This document shows, in pieces, positions 1 to 9,583 of a DNA stretch of 32,000 bases; the first letter of the stretch is position 1; each line of letters starts with the position of its first letter. Source of the DNA: Horticoccus luteus (GTDB taxonomy: Bacteria; Verrucomicrobiota; Verrucomicrobiia; Opitutales; Opitutaceae); assembly GCF_019464535.1 (NCBI RefSeq), contig NZ_CP080507.1, positions 1,920,001 through 1,952,000 on the forward strand. The letters are read 5' to 3'. A program made the position numbers and the translations under genes. The notes under the pieces were generated by a model. It searched no databases. It was not told where the DNA came from and saw only the letters and a list, made by a program, of their open reading frames with translations.

Positions 1-130
1 GGCTGGCGGTTTCCGCGGCGGAATTTTCCACTTCGGCGGTGTCGCCGGGAAGGTGGAAACCTTCGATGCTGGCGGCATTCCAAACGATGGCGCATGTGCC
101 CCAAGCAGTGGAAAACGCGTAATGCGGCAT
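1..130 (-). CDS. N-terminal fragment of a possible methylated-DNA--protein-cysteine methyltransferase (MGMT/Ogt)-like protein; runs off the left edge
   Basis: Hand translation of the minus strand from ATG (130-128) gives MPHYAFSTAWGTCAIVWNAASIEGFHLPGDTAEVENSAAETAS..., open to position 1 with GC-rich third positions. An in-frame TAG lies just upstream (140-142). The F-x-T-x-W-G ... G-F-x-L-P pattern resembles MGMT-family N-termini, but only 43 residues are visible. Confidence 0.4.
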   Translation of the reverse strand, partial: MPHYAFSTAWGTCAIVWNAASIEGFHLPGDTAEVENSAAETAS

Positions 131-307
131 GGTGTGAACCTACGCGAATGAATCTGGGCCGGCCCTTCGGAGAGTTGGTCGACGGCCAGTCGGAAAGCCG
201 GACGCCGCGCTTGCAGTACGGACGCGATCACAAGAAAGCCCCGGGCTGGCTCTACGCATAAGGGTTTGCATCGTGGCGGGGTTGCCGCTCGTGTCGAAGG
301 GAATCCG

Positions 308-1576
308 ATGGAGAACAGATTCTACAACGCGTTCGATGCCGAGACGTTTGGCGGGACGCGCCGGCCGGACTATCGCAACGCTTTTCAAATCGATCGCGAC
401 CGGATCATTCACGCGCATGCGTTTCGCAAGCTGCAGTCGAAGACCCAGGTGTTTTTGTCGGGGGAATACGACTTCTACCGCACGCGACTCACGCACTCGA
501 TTGAGGTGTCGCAGATCGGGCGTTCGATCTGTCACTTCCTGCGGACCAAAGGCGGCGTGATGCAGCCGGATTTCCACATTGATGGCGATCTGGTGGAAGC
601 GGTTTGTCTCGCGCACGATCTCGGCCACCCGCCCTTCGGCCACTCGGGGGAGCGCACGTTGCAGGAGTTGATGATCGAGTGGGGCGGCTTTGAGGGCAAC
701 GCCCAGACGCTGCATTTGCTGACGGAAACCATTTTCCAAAACGAATCCGGGGTGCGCGGCATGCGGCCGACGCGCGCGCTGCTCGATGGTGTGCTGAAAT
801 ACAAAAAGCTGTTCCGCGAATTTCCCCAGCCGCCGTCGAACCATTTTCTGTACGACGCGCAAGAGGTCTACCGGCGCTTCGTCTTTGGCAAGGCGGAGAT
901 CCCCGCAGCGATGCACGAAGGGGAAACGCTGAACGGCTTCAAAAGCATCGAGTGCCAGATCATGGATTGGGCGGACGATGCGGCCTATTCCATCAACGAC
1001 ATTATCGACGGCGTGAAGGCGGGTTTTCTCACGTTTACTTCCGTCGAAGCCTGGGCGGCGGAGCAGGCCCTCGGCGCCGAGGAGCAGCAGCATCTTGAGC
1101 GGCTGTTCAACGCCATGCGCACGGACCGGTTGGAAGGGATTTTCGGCGCCCGCATCGGACGTTTCATCGAAGCGACCCGTCTGCGCGAACGCGACAATTT
1201 CATGGCGAAGAAGACCAGCCGTTACCGCTTAGAACTCGTGGTGGCGGAAGGGGCGCAACGCGAGGCGCTTTTCTTCAAGCGCATGGCGAACGATATCATC
1301 TTCGAAAGCCCGCAACTGCAGCAGATGGAGCACAAGGCGCGGCGCGTGCTGTGCGACCTTTGGGAATCGTGCTGGCGCAACTACGTCGACAAGGGCGCGC
1401 GGGTGATCAACATCCTCCCGCCGCAAGCAGGACGCTTGATCGATGCGGAGCCGACCAAGGCTGGCAAAGCGCGCCGGATTTGCGACTATCTGTGCGGCCT
1501 CACCGATGGCACGATTGTGCGCACTTACCGCCGGTTGTTTGACCCGGAATTTGGGTCTATTCGCGACTTGAGTTAG
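308..1576 (+). CDS. dgt: dGTPase-like deoxynucleoside triphosphate triphosphohydrolase (HD domain)
   Basis: ORF 266..1576 trimmed to the first ATG (308, MENRFYNAF...). HD-superfamily signature HSIEVSQIGRSI ... LAHDLGHPPFGHSGE is typical of Dgt-type triphosphohydrolases. Confidence 0.88.
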   Translation: MENRFYNAFDAETFGGTRRPDYRNAFQIDRDRIIHAHAFRKLQSKTQVFLSGEYDFYRTRLTHSIEVSQIGRSICHFLRTKGGVMQPDFHIDGDLVEAVCLAHDLGHPPFGHSGERTLQELMIEWGGFEGNAQTLHLLTETIFQNESGVRGMRPTRALLDGVLKYKKLFREFPQPPSNHFLYDAQEVYRRFVFGKAEIPAAMHEGETLNGFKSIECQIMDWADDAAYSINDIIDGVKAGFLTFTSVEAWAAEQALGAEEQQHLERLFNAMRTDRLEGIFGARIGRFIEATRLRERDNFMAKKTSRYRLELVVAEGAQREALFFKRMANDIIFESPQLQQMEHKARRVLCDLWESCWRNYVDKGARVINILPPQAGRLIDAEPTKAGKARRICDYLCGLTDGTIVRTYRRLFDPEFGSIRDLS

Positions 1577-1659
1577 GCGAAGCGGGATCGCGGAGGGTAT
1601 GACACGGTTCTGTCCTTGCTAGGCGCGGGTGCGGTCTTTTGGCTGGCGTGAATTTTCTT

Positions 1660-3249
1660 ATGAAGGTTCTCGTCGCCGACAAAATCTCACCCAAAGGAGT
1701 GGCCTTTTTGCGCGCGCAAACAGGCATCGAAGTGATTGAGGCCTATGGCTCTTCCGCGGAGAAAGTGCTGGAGCTCGTCAAGGATGTGCACGCGATTGCG
1801 GTGCGTTCGGAGACGAAGATCACAGCGGAAGTGCTGGCGGCCGCGCCGTTGCTGAAGGTCGTGGGGCGGGCGGGCGTCGGTGTGGACAACGTCGATGTCG
1901 AGGCCGCCACTGAGCGCGGCGTCGTGGTCATGAATACGCCTTCGGGAAACACCATCGCGACCGCCGAGCTGACGTTTACGCACATGCTCTGTGGCGCGCG
2001 GCCCGTGCCGCAGGCGGCGGCGTCGATGCGCGGCGGGCAGTGGGATCGGAAGAGTTTTTCCGGCATCGAGCTGTTTCGCAAAACGCTCGGGATTGTCGGC
2101 CTCGGCCGCATCGGCAGCGAGGTGGCGAAACGCGCCCAGGCTTTCGGCATGCGCGTGCTGGCCTTCGATCCTTACCTCGCGCCGAGCCGCGCGAAGGCGA
2201 TGCAGATCGAAAACGTCTCGCTCGATGAACTGCTGGCGCAGGCCGATTACATCACGGTGCACATGCCGTTGACGGACGATACGCACTACATGATCGACGA
2301 GGGGGCATTCGAGAAGTGCAAGAAGGGGCTGCGTATCTTCAATTGCGCGCGCGGCGGCATCATCAAGGAAGCCGCGCTGCTGGCGGCGTTGAAGTCCGGC
2401 AAAGTCGCCGCAGCGGGGCTTGATGTCTACGAAGACGAACCTCTCGCCGCGGACAGCGAACTGCGAAAACTCCCGAACGTAACGCTCACGCCTCACCTCG
2501 GGGCCTCGACGGCCGAAGCACAGGAGTCGGTGGGAATCGAAATCGCGGAGCAGATCGCCGATGTCCTCCGCGGCGGAGTGATTCGCAATGCCGTCAACAT
2601 GCCGTCGTTGGATGCCGCGTCGTTGAAAGTGCTCGGACCGTATCTGGACTTGGGCGCCAAGCTGGGCACGCTCGTCCAGCAGATCGGGCCCCAGCAGATC
2701 GCCTCGCTTCGCATCACCTATTGGGGCCGGATTGTGGACCTTGATTCGAACGCGATCACCCGGGCGATTCAGCAGGGCTTTCTGCGCCGGATCAGTGGCG
2801 AGTCCGTCAATTTCGTGAATTCTCCGGTGATGTTGGAACGCCTCGGCGTGAAGGTGGAGGTCATCAAGTCGGGCGAAAACTCCTCTTACACCGAGCTGAT
2901 CCACGTGGAGGCGCTCGCCGCCGATGGTTCGCGGCACTCCGCCGCCGGGACGTTGATCGGGAAAACCAACCAGCGCCGCATCGTCGCGATCAACGAGCGT
3001 GGGGTGGAGGTCGATGCGAGCGGAAAGTTGCTCCTGATCGAAAACCGCGACCAGCCCGGCATGATCGGCTACGTGGGCACGTTGCTTGGTAAAGACGGCG
3101 TCAACATCGCCAACATGTCGTTGAGCCGACAGGAAGCCGGGCAGACGGCACTGATGGTCATCAATCTCGACAGCGAGCCGAGCGCGGCAGCGCGGGCGGA
3201 GTTAAAGAACCACGCCGCGATCAAGCTGGCGAAGTTCGTTCACCTCTGA
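1660..3249 (+). CDS. serA: D-3-phosphoglycerate dehydrogenase (long form with C-terminal regulatory domains)
   Basis: ORF opens at TTG 1639, but ATG 1660 gives the family-typical N-terminus MKVLVADKIS. NAD-binding GIVGLGRIGSEVA motif; about 529 aa with ASB/ACT-like C-terminal extension. Confidence 0.93.
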   Translation: MKVLVADKISPKGVAFLRAQTGIEVIEAYGSSAEKVLELVKDVHAIAVRSETKITAEVLAAAPLLKVVGRAGVGVDNVDVEAATERGVVVMNTPSGNTIATAELTFTHMLCGARPVPQAAASMRGGQWDRKSFSGIELFRKTLGIVGLGRIGSEVAKRAQAFGMRVLAFDPYLAPSRAKAMQIENVSLDELLAQADYITVHMPLTDDTHYMIDEGAFEKCKKGLRIFNCARGGIIKEAALLAALKSGKVAAAGLDVYEDEPLAADSELRKLPNVTLTPHLGASTAEAQESVGIEIAEQIADVLRGGVIRNAVNMPSLDAASLKVLGPYLDLGAKLGTLVQQIGPQQIASLRITYWGRIVDLDSNAITRAIQQGFLRRISGESVNFVNSPVMLERLGVKVEVIKSGENSSYTELIHVEALAADGSRHSAAGTLIGKTNQRRIVAINERGVEVDASGKLLLIENRDQPGMIGYVGTLLGKDGVNIANMSLSRQEAGQTALMVINLDSEPSAAARAELKNHAAIKLAKFVHL

Positions 3250-3256
3250 TCGGGCC

Positions 3257-3892
3257 ATGGTTGCGTCGACCGTCCTCGCTCTCGCGGTTGGCTATGTGCT
3301 CGGCGCCCTGCCGTTTGGCTACTGGGTCGCGCGCGCGCATGGCGTGAACATCTTCGAGGTCGGGAGCAAGAATCCAGGCGCCACCAATGTGCGCCGGGTG
3401 TTGGGTGCAGGTCCGGGCAACGTCGTCTTCGCGCTCGACGCGTTCAAAGGCGCTGTCGCGACGATCTGGCCGGTGTGGTGGGCGCTAAGCCGGGGGCATG
3501 TGTCCGGGCAGATCGAAATCGTGCAAATCGCCGGGCTGATCGGTGCAATGACAGGCCACAGCTTTTCGTTGTTTACGAAATTCCGCGGCGGGAAGGGTGT
3601 GGCGACGGCGTCGGGCGGGGTGTTGATGCTGGTGCCGCTCGCGGCGTTGGTCGTCACCATGATTTGGATCATCACTTTCTACGCCACGCGGTATGTTTCG
3701 CTCGCCTCGTTGCTCGCCGCGGCGGGGTTGCCGCTCGCGACGTGGGCGCTGGGCCGCCCAACCTCACTGGTGGTATTCGCGGCGCTCATCACGGTGTTCG
3801 TGGTGCTGCGCCATCGCTCGAACATCGGCCGGTTGCTGCGCGGCACGGAAAACCGTTTTGTGAAAAAACCTCAGCCCACCTCCACGCCATGA
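3257..3892 (+). CDS. plsY: Glycerol-3-phosphate acyltransferase PlsY
   Basis: 211-aa polytopic membrane protein with GSKNPGATNVRRVLG and FRGGKGVAT motifs characteristic of PlsY. Confidence 0.9.
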   Translation: MVASTVLALAVGYVLGALPFGYWVARAHGVNIFEVGSKNPGATNVRRVLGAGPGNVVFALDAFKGAVATIWPVWWALSRGHVSGQIEIVQIAGLIGAMTGHSFSLFTKFRGGKGVATASGGVLMLVPLAALVVTMIWIITFYATRYVSLASLLAAAGLPLATWALGRPTSLVVFAALITVFVVLRHRSNIGRLLRGTENRFVKKPQPTSTP

Positions 3893-5217
3893 GCGTCCGC
3901 ACTCTTCGTATCGGTTTGTGCGGTCTTGGCACCGTGGGGCAGGGGGTTTGGAAACACCTGACGGCTGATCGTCCCGAGTTGGAAGCCCGGCTGGGAGTGA
4001 AGCTCGAACTCGCACGCGGGGCGGTTCGCAATCCGAAGAAGCGCCGTTCGGTGCGAATTCCGGCGAGCAAGCTCACGACCGACGCACTCGCCATCGCGCG
4101 CGATCCGTCGATCGACATCGTCTGCGAACTCGTCGGCGGCACCGATCTCGCGCGCGAAATCACGTTGGAGGCGTTGCGACGCGGCAAAGTGGTCGTGTCG
4201 GCGAACAAGGCTCTGATCTGCGCGCACGGCGCGGAAATTTTTGCGACCGCGCGTGAACACGGCGGACGGTTTCTTTTCGAGGCGAGTGTCGCGGGCGGCA
4301 TTCCGATCATCAAGGCGCTGCGCGAGGGCCTCGTCGCGAATCGCTTCCCTCTGATTTACGGAATCCTCAACGGCACGTGTAATTACATCCTCACGCAAAT
4401 GGAGGAGCGCGACGCGCCTTACACGCAGGTGCTGGGCGATGCCAAACGGCTGGGTTACGCGGAAGCGGATGAGTCGCTCGACGTGGAGGGCTGGGACGCC
4501 GCGCACAAGGCGTCCGTGCTCGCGTATCTTGCTCATGGCGTCTGGGTGCGGCCCGAGCAAATGATCGTGGAGGGGATTGCCCGGATCACTCCGGCCGATT
4601 TCAAAAACGCGAATGCGCTCGGTTTCGGCATCAAGTTGCTCGCGGTGATCTGGCGCGATTTCGAGACGAACGAACTGAGCGTGCGGGTGCACCCGACGTT
4701 GTTACCGGAAAGCCATGTCGTCGCGAAAGTGAACGGCGTCTTCAACGCGATTTCGGTGCAAGGTGACGTGGTGGGCACGACGCTCTACATCGGCCGCGGC
4801 GCCGGGCAAGACGCCACGGCGAGCGCGGTGATCAGTGACATCGTTGATGCGGTCGCGCTTTTGCGCCGGCAGAAAGGCGAGATGATCGATGGCGATTTCA
4901 TCGAGACCACGGCGCGGCGGCAGGCACCTCCGCGGATCGCCCCGCCGGAGCATATCGAGGGGCGCTATTACCTCCGGCTGACAGTCGAGGATAAGCCGGG
5001 CGTGCTTTCCGCCATCGCCGCAGTGACCGCGCGTCAGCACGTGAGCATCGCGAGTGTCATCCAAAGTCCCGCCGAACGCGCGGGTGCGGCGTCGCTGGTG
5101 TTGACGACTCATCGCAGCAACGAACGGGCGTTGCGCAACACCATCGCCCGCTTGCGGCGGCTGCGCCCTGTGCTTGAGGAGCCGGTCCTGCTGCGAATCG
5201 CTGAGTTTCCCGAATAA
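3889..5217 (+). CDS. hom: Homoserine dehydrogenase
   Basis: ORF 3475..5217 trimmed to ATG 3889 (MSVRTLRIGLCGLGTVGQGV, NAD(P)-binding loop), forming an ATGA overlap with the plsY stop. C-terminal ACT-like region (YYLRLTVEDKPGVLSAIA). Confidence 0.9.
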   Translation: MSVRTLRIGLCGLGTVGQGVWKHLTADRPELEARLGVKLELARGAVRNPKKRRSVRIPASKLTTDALAIARDPSIDIVCELVGGTDLAREITLEALRRGKVVVSANKALICAHGAEIFATAREHGGRFLFEASVAGGIPIIKALREGLVANRFPLIYGILNGTCNYILTQMEERDAPYTQVLGDAKRLGYAEADESLDVEGWDAAHKASVLAYLAHGVWVRPEQMIVEGIARITPADFKNANALGFGIKLLAVIWRDFETNELSVRVHPTLLPESHVVAKVNGVFNAISVQGDVVGTTLYIGRGAGQDATASAVISDIVDAVALLRRQKGEMIDGDFIETTARRQAPPRIAPPEHIEGRYYLRLTVEDKPGVLSAIAAVTARQHVSIASVIQSPAERAGAASLVLTTHRSNERALRNTIARLRRLRPVLEEPVLLRIAEFPE

Positions 5218-5225
5218 TTTCTGTC

Positions 5226-6443
5226 ATGGCACGCATCGTTCAAAAATACGGCGGCACCTCGGTGGGTGATGTCGAACGGATCAAGAAAGTCGCTGAGCGG
5301 GTGAAAGCCACGCGCGACGAGGGCAACGAATTGGTCGTGGTGGTATCCGCGCGAGCGGGCGTCACCAACGAACTGATTGCCCGGGCGAAAGCGGTGTGCG
5401 CCGAGCCGAGCGAGCGCGAACTCGACCAGTTGCTCTCCATTGGCGAGCAGGAGACGTGCGCGCTGACCGCCATGGCGTTGCACGGGCTGGGCGTGAAAGC
5501 GGTGAGTTACACGGGCGCGCAAGCGGGGATTTTCACCGACAAGGTGCACACGAAGGCGCGAATCCAGACGATCGATGCCAAGCCGATCGAGAATGACCTG
5601 AAGCAAGGCCGCGTCGTGATCGTGGCCGGGTTTCAAGGCATCAACGAAGAGGGCAACGTGACCACGTTGGGCCGCGGCGCTTCGGATCTGTCGGCCGTGG
5701 CGCTCTCTGCCGCACTCAAAGCGGACAAATGCGAGATCTATACGGATGTCGATGGCGTTTACACCGCTGACCCGCGCGTCGTGAAAAACGCGCGCAAACT
5801 AGCCGAACTGAGTTACGACGAGATGCTCGAACTCGCTTCCTCCGGCTCGAAGGTCATGCAGTCGCGCTCCGTCGAGTTTGCGAAGAAATTTGGCGTCGTT
5901 TTCGAGGTTCGCTCCTCGTTCAATCACAACCCAGGAACCATCGTGAAAGAAGAAGTCGCTTACATGGAAAAGGTCGTCGTCCGCGGCGTCGCGGTCGATA
6001 AGGACCAGGTCAAGGTCATCGTCAGCAACATCGTCGACAAACCCGGTTCGGCGGCGAAAGTTTTCCGCGCCCTCGCGGATGCCACCGTCATGGTCGACAT
6101 GATCGTGCAAAACGTCGGCCGGCATGGGGTCGCGAACCTGACGTTTACGGTGCCGCAAACCGACACGCAGCGAGCGGTCAAGGCGCTGGAGCCGGTGCTC
6201 GCGGAGGTCGGCGGAGGCCAGGTCGCCGTGCACGAAAACATTGCGAAGCTCTCGGTTGTGGGCGTCGGCATGAAGTCCCACAGCGGTGTGGCAGCGACTC
6301 TGTTTCAGTCGCTGGCGGCGGCGAATATCAACATCGAGTTGATCACCACTTCGGAGATCAAAATCTCGGTCGTCGTTGATCGTGACCGCGTCGACGAGGC
6401 CGCGCGAGTCGCTCACGCGGCCTTCGGCTTGGACACACTGTGA
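5226..6443 (+). CDS. lysC: Aspartate kinase
   Basis: MARIVQKYGGTSVGD N-terminus, amino-acid kinase fold, and two C-terminal ACT repeats. 405 aa. Confidence 0.95.
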   Translation: MARIVQKYGGTSVGDVERIKKVAERVKATRDEGNELVVVVSARAGVTNELIARAKAVCAEPSERELDQLLSIGEQETCALTAMALHGLGVKAVSYTGAQAGIFTDKVHTKARIQTIDAKPIENDLKQGRVVIVAGFQGINEEGNVTTLGRGASDLSAVALSAALKADKCEIYTDVDGVYTADPRVVKNARKLAELSYDEMLELASSGSKVMQSRSVEFAKKFGVVFEVRSSFNHNPGTIVKEEVAYMEKVVVRGVAVDKDQVKVIVSNIVDKPGSAAKVFRALADATVMVDMIVQNVGRHGVANLTFTVPQTDTQRAVKALEPVLAEVGGGQVAVHENIAKLSVVGVGMKSHSGVAATLFQSLAAANINIELITTSEIKISVVVDRDRVDEAARVAHAAFGLDTL

Positions 6444-6528
6444 AGCGCTCCGCAGTGCGGATTCCGTTGAGCGATCCGCGCCGCGCCGGCGCTGACTGAA
6501 GGGTGTTTCGTCGAACGCGTTTTACTCC

Positions 6529-7887
6529 ATGCGTTATATTTCCACGCGCGGCCAGACCGCGCCGCATTCGTTCAGCGACGCCGTCGCCGTCGGTCTGGCG
6601 CCGGATGGTGGCTTGTTTTTGCCGGAGCACCTGCCGGATCTTTCCGGCTATCTCGCCTCGTGGGAACGACTGGATTACGCGGAGTTGTGCGTGGAATTTC
6701 TCGCGCATTTTGCGACCGAGATTCCGCGGGCCACGTTGAGCGACATCGTCCGACGCTCCTATACACGCTTCGAAAGCACGGCCATAGCACCCTTGGTGCA
6801 ACTCGATGCACGCACTTACGTGCTCGAGCTTTTTCACGGGCCGACGTTGGCGTTTAAGGATTTCGCGCTTCAACTGCTCGGCAACCTTTACGAGCACCAA
6901 TGCCGCGCACGGCAGGAGACGATCAACGTGCTCGGTGCCACGTCAGGCGACACCGGGGCGGCCGCGATTCATGGTCTGCTCGGCAAACCGGGCACGGCGA
7001 TTTTCATTCTGTATCCCGACGGCCGGGTGTCGCCGCTGCAGGAACGCCAGATGACTTGCACCGGCGCGGACAACGTATTTGCGCTGGCGATCGATGGGAC
7101 GTTTGACGCAGCGCAAACGGCCTTGAAGGAGATTTTTGGTGATCAGGACTTCCGCACCCGGCACCGATTGTCCGCGGTAAATTCGATCAACCTGGCGCGC
7201 GTGCTGGCGCAATGCGTTTACTATTTGCACGCGTGGTTGCGGCTGCCGCAGGAGGTGCGAGGCGAGGCGGAGTTCGTGGTGCCGACGGGGAATTTCGGCA
7301 ATGTGTTCGCCGGCTGGCTGCTCGCGCGAATGGGCGTGCCGCTGGCGGGCTTCAAAGTCGCCACGAACCAAAACGATATTTTGCATCGGTTCTTTACGAC
7401 GGGCGAGTATCGCGTCGGCGAGGTGCAACCAAGTCTGGCGCCGTCGATGGATATCCAGGTGGCCTCGAATTTCGAACGGCTGCTCTACTACCAACTGGGC
7501 GGCGACGCGTCGCGGTTGCGTAGCGCGATGCAGCAATTCAAGGCGACGGGCGCATGCACGTTCGAGGGCTTCGCAGGCGGTGCGTTTACTTCGTGCCGCA
7601 CCAGCGACGCGGAGATTCCCGGCATCATGCAACGGGTGCACCACGAGTTCGGCTACATCGTGGATCCGCACACCGCGTGCGCGTTCAAGGCGTTGAACCC
7701 CTCGCGGGTGAGCGTCGTGCTGGCGACGGCGCATCCGGCGAAGTTTCCCGAAACGATCAAGGCGGCGATCGGAGTGGCACCGACCCATCCGAGTCTCGAA
7801 GCGCTCAAAGCGCGGCCGATCGTAAAGTATCTCGTGCCGGCGGATGCGGCGGCGATCCGCGCGTTTATCGAGCAACGGGCGATTTAA
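6529..7887 (+). CDS. thrC: Threonine synthase
   Basis: MRYISTRGQ N-terminus and PLP-lysine context HGPTLAFKDFALQ. 452 aa. Confidence 0.93.
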   Translation: MRYISTRGQTAPHSFSDAVAVGLAPDGGLFLPEHLPDLSGYLASWERLDYAELCVEFLAHFATEIPRATLSDIVRRSYTRFESTAIAPLVQLDARTYVLELFHGPTLAFKDFALQLLGNLYEHQCRARQETINVLGATSGDTGAAAIHGLLGKPGTAIFILYPDGRVSPLQERQMTCTGADNVFALAIDGTFDAAQTALKEIFGDQDFRTRHRLSAVNSINLARVLAQCVYYLHAWLRLPQEVRGEAEFVVPTGNFGNVFAGWLLARMGVPLAGFKVATNQNDILHRFFTTGEYRVGEVQPSLAPSMDIQVASNFERLLYYQLGGDASRLRSAMQQFKATGACTFEGFAGGAFTSCRTSDAEIPGIMQRVHHEFGYIVDPHTACAFKALNPSRVSVVLATAHPAKFPETIKAAIGVAPTHPSLEALKARPIVKYLVPADAAAIRAFIEQRAI

Positions 7888-8816
7888 TCGAACGCTGCGG
7901 CGGCCAGGCCCCAGCGGAGATTGTAGAGCGAGTGGCGGAAGGCGCCCAAGCCGCCGCTTTCCGCGACCGCCACGAGTGTGGCGAGTGCGGCGGGAAACAC
8001 ATCGGCGCGCGCTGGCGGCAGGCCACCGATGCGCCGCCGCTCTTCGAGCGGCAAGGCGGAAAGTTCGTCGCGCAAATGGATCAGTTCTCCGAGCGGGATC
8101 AGCGAATCGGTCGCTTCGAGATCTTCGTTCACTCGTGCGGCGCGGATCGTGCGGACAGTGGTAAGCGTTCCTCCCGTCCCGACAGCGACGGCGTCGGCTG
8201 GAAGTTGAAACGCAAAGGATGCCGTCTCCAGTGAAGCGTTCACGTGAGCGGAGATGGCCGCGATCGCAGCCGGAGGCACGGCGGCGGAAGGATCTGGGAT
8301 AAACCGCTCCGTCAGCCGGACGCAGCCGAGCGGCAAACTTAGTTTGCGTTGCAATTCCCGGTGGCGAAAGACGAGACACTCGAGGCTGCCGCCACCGAGA
8401 TCGAAGACGTAGAAGTCCCGGAGGTCACGCAGGGCGGGATCGCAGGTGAGTCCACGGCCAATGAGTGTCGCTTCCTCCTCTCCGGTGAGAATGCGAATGG
8501 TGTGGCCAGTCGCAGCGTGCACGCGCGCGCAGAAATCATCGCCGTTGCGGGCGTCGCGCACCGCGCTGGTGGCGACGAGCACGGTGGCGTCCGGTTGAAA
8601 CGGCGCGAGGTCGGTGAGCAACGTCTGCACAGCCGCGAGGCCGCGCTGGAGGCCGTCCTCGGTCAAGCGCGGTTCCCGTTGGCTGATGCCCGCACTGATG
8701 CGCGCTTCGATGGAGCGCTGGTAGCGCGCGTGGAGGGTGCCGTCGGAGGTGCTTTGCGCGAGCAGCGCTTTGATTGAGTTGCTCCCGATGTCGATGACGG
8801 CGACGGCAGAGATCAC
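7884..8816 (-). CDS. Ppx/GppA-family phosphatase (N-terminal actin-like ATPase-fold module only)
   Basis: AVIDIGSNSIKALLA and FDLGGGS phosphate-binding motifs of the Ppx/GppA family. 310 aa. The start overlaps the rsmI stop by 4 nt. Confidence 0.85.
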   Translation of the reverse strand: MISAVAVIDIGSNSIKALLAQSTSDGTLHARYQRSIEARISAGISQREPRLTEDGLQRGLAAVQTLLTDLAPFQPDATVLVATSAVRDARNGDDFCARVHAATGHTIRILTGEEEATLIGRGLTCDPALRDLRDFYVFDLGGGSLECLVFRHRELQRKLSLPLGCVRLTERFIPDPSAAVPPAAIAAISAHVNASLETASFAFQLPADAVAVGTGGTLTTVRTIRAARVNEDLEATDSLIPLGELIHLRDELSALPLEERRRIGGLPPARADVFPAALATLVAVAESGGLGAFRHSLYNLRWGLAAAAFD

Positions 8817-9538
8817 AGGACGAAAGTGGCGGGGGCGATGAGCAGGACGAATTCGCCGCGCAAGCTCGTCTTGGCGAGCCGGCTTTGCACGTCGCCGGCC
8901 GGACCGACGAGGAAAGTCTCGTGTAGTTTCGTGACTTCTTTCGCCACGCAGATCACGCGGTCGGGTCCGAGCGTCGCGACGAGTTCGTTCACGGCTTTGT
9001 CGATGCGATGGCAGCTTTCGTATACGACGAGCGTATACTCGAAGCCGCGGTGGCGTTCGAGAAACGCGATCCGGGCGGCGGACTTGGGCGGCAGAAAACC
9101 GACAAACAGAAAACCGTTGGTCGGCAATCCGGCGGCACTCAACACAGCCGTGACCGCGCTGGGGCCGGGGATGGGCACCACGGGGATTCCTTGGCGCCGG
9201 CAGGCGCGGACGAGACGGAAACCGGGATCGCTCAGGGCAGGCGTGCCCGCGTCGCTCACCACGGCGATGGATTTGCCGGCGGCGAGTTGCGCGGCGAGGC
9301 GTTCCGCGGCTTCGAGTTCGTTATGCTCGTGATATGCCACGAGTTCCTTGCGGAGGCCGAGACGCGTCAACAACGAGCCTGTCGTGCGCGTATCCTCGCA
9401 CGCGATCACATCCACCGCCGCGAGGATGGCCCGGGCCCGCTCGGTGAGGTCGGCGAGGTTTCCAATCGGTGTGGCAACGACGTAGAGGTGACCGGCGCTC
9501 GGCGTGAGCGAGGCGTTGATGGCGGGCGCGTCGGGCAT
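8813..9538 (-). CDS. rsmI: 16S rRNA (cytidine1402-2'-O)-methyltransferase RsmI
   Basis: LYVVATPIGNLADLTERA ... VSDAGTPALSDPG motifs of the tetrapyrrole-methylase-fold RsmI family. 241 aa. ATG at 9538 is the only in-frame start. Confidence 0.9.
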   Translation of the reverse strand: MPDAPAINASLTPSAGHLYVVATPIGNLADLTERARAILAAVDVIACEDTRTTGSLLTRLGLRKELVAYHEHNELEAAERLAAQLAAGKSIAVVSDAGTPALSDPGFRLVRACRRQGIPVVPIPGPSAVTAVLSAAGLPTNGFLFVGFLPPKSAARIAFLERHRGFEYTLVVYESCHRIDKAVNELVATLGPDRVICVAKEVTKLHETFLVGPAGDVQSRLAKTSLRGEFVLLIAPATFVL

Positions 9539-9567
9539 AAAAAAATCCGGCCGAAAAAAGGCCGGAT
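9539..9567 (-). terminator. Rho-independent terminator downstream of the small lipoprotein ORF
   Basis: Read on the minus strand: perfect 8-bp stem ATCCGGCC / GGCCGGAT (9560-9567 pairs with 9545-9552), a 7-nt loop, then six T (9544-9539). Confidence 0.7.
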
Positions 9568-9583
9568 GGAAGAGGGCGTGGCC

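Noticed and set aside
148-261. 37-codon plus-strand ORF (MNLGRPFGELVDGQSESRTPRLQYGRDHKKAPGWLYA) upstream of dgt, with about 80% GC at third positions.
   Set aside because: There is no ribosome-binding site, no recognisable motif and too few codons for the codon bias to be meaningful. It sits in the region that must hold two divergent promoters. It could be revisited with Ribo-seq or conservation data.
308-1576. The dGTPase-like gene as a possible nucleotide-depletion anti-phage defence gene.
   Set aside because: It sits among core housekeeping genes with no neighbouring defence, mobile or restriction genes. The sequence alone cannot distinguish a defence-type from a housekeeping Dgt. Nothing in the window supports a defence island.
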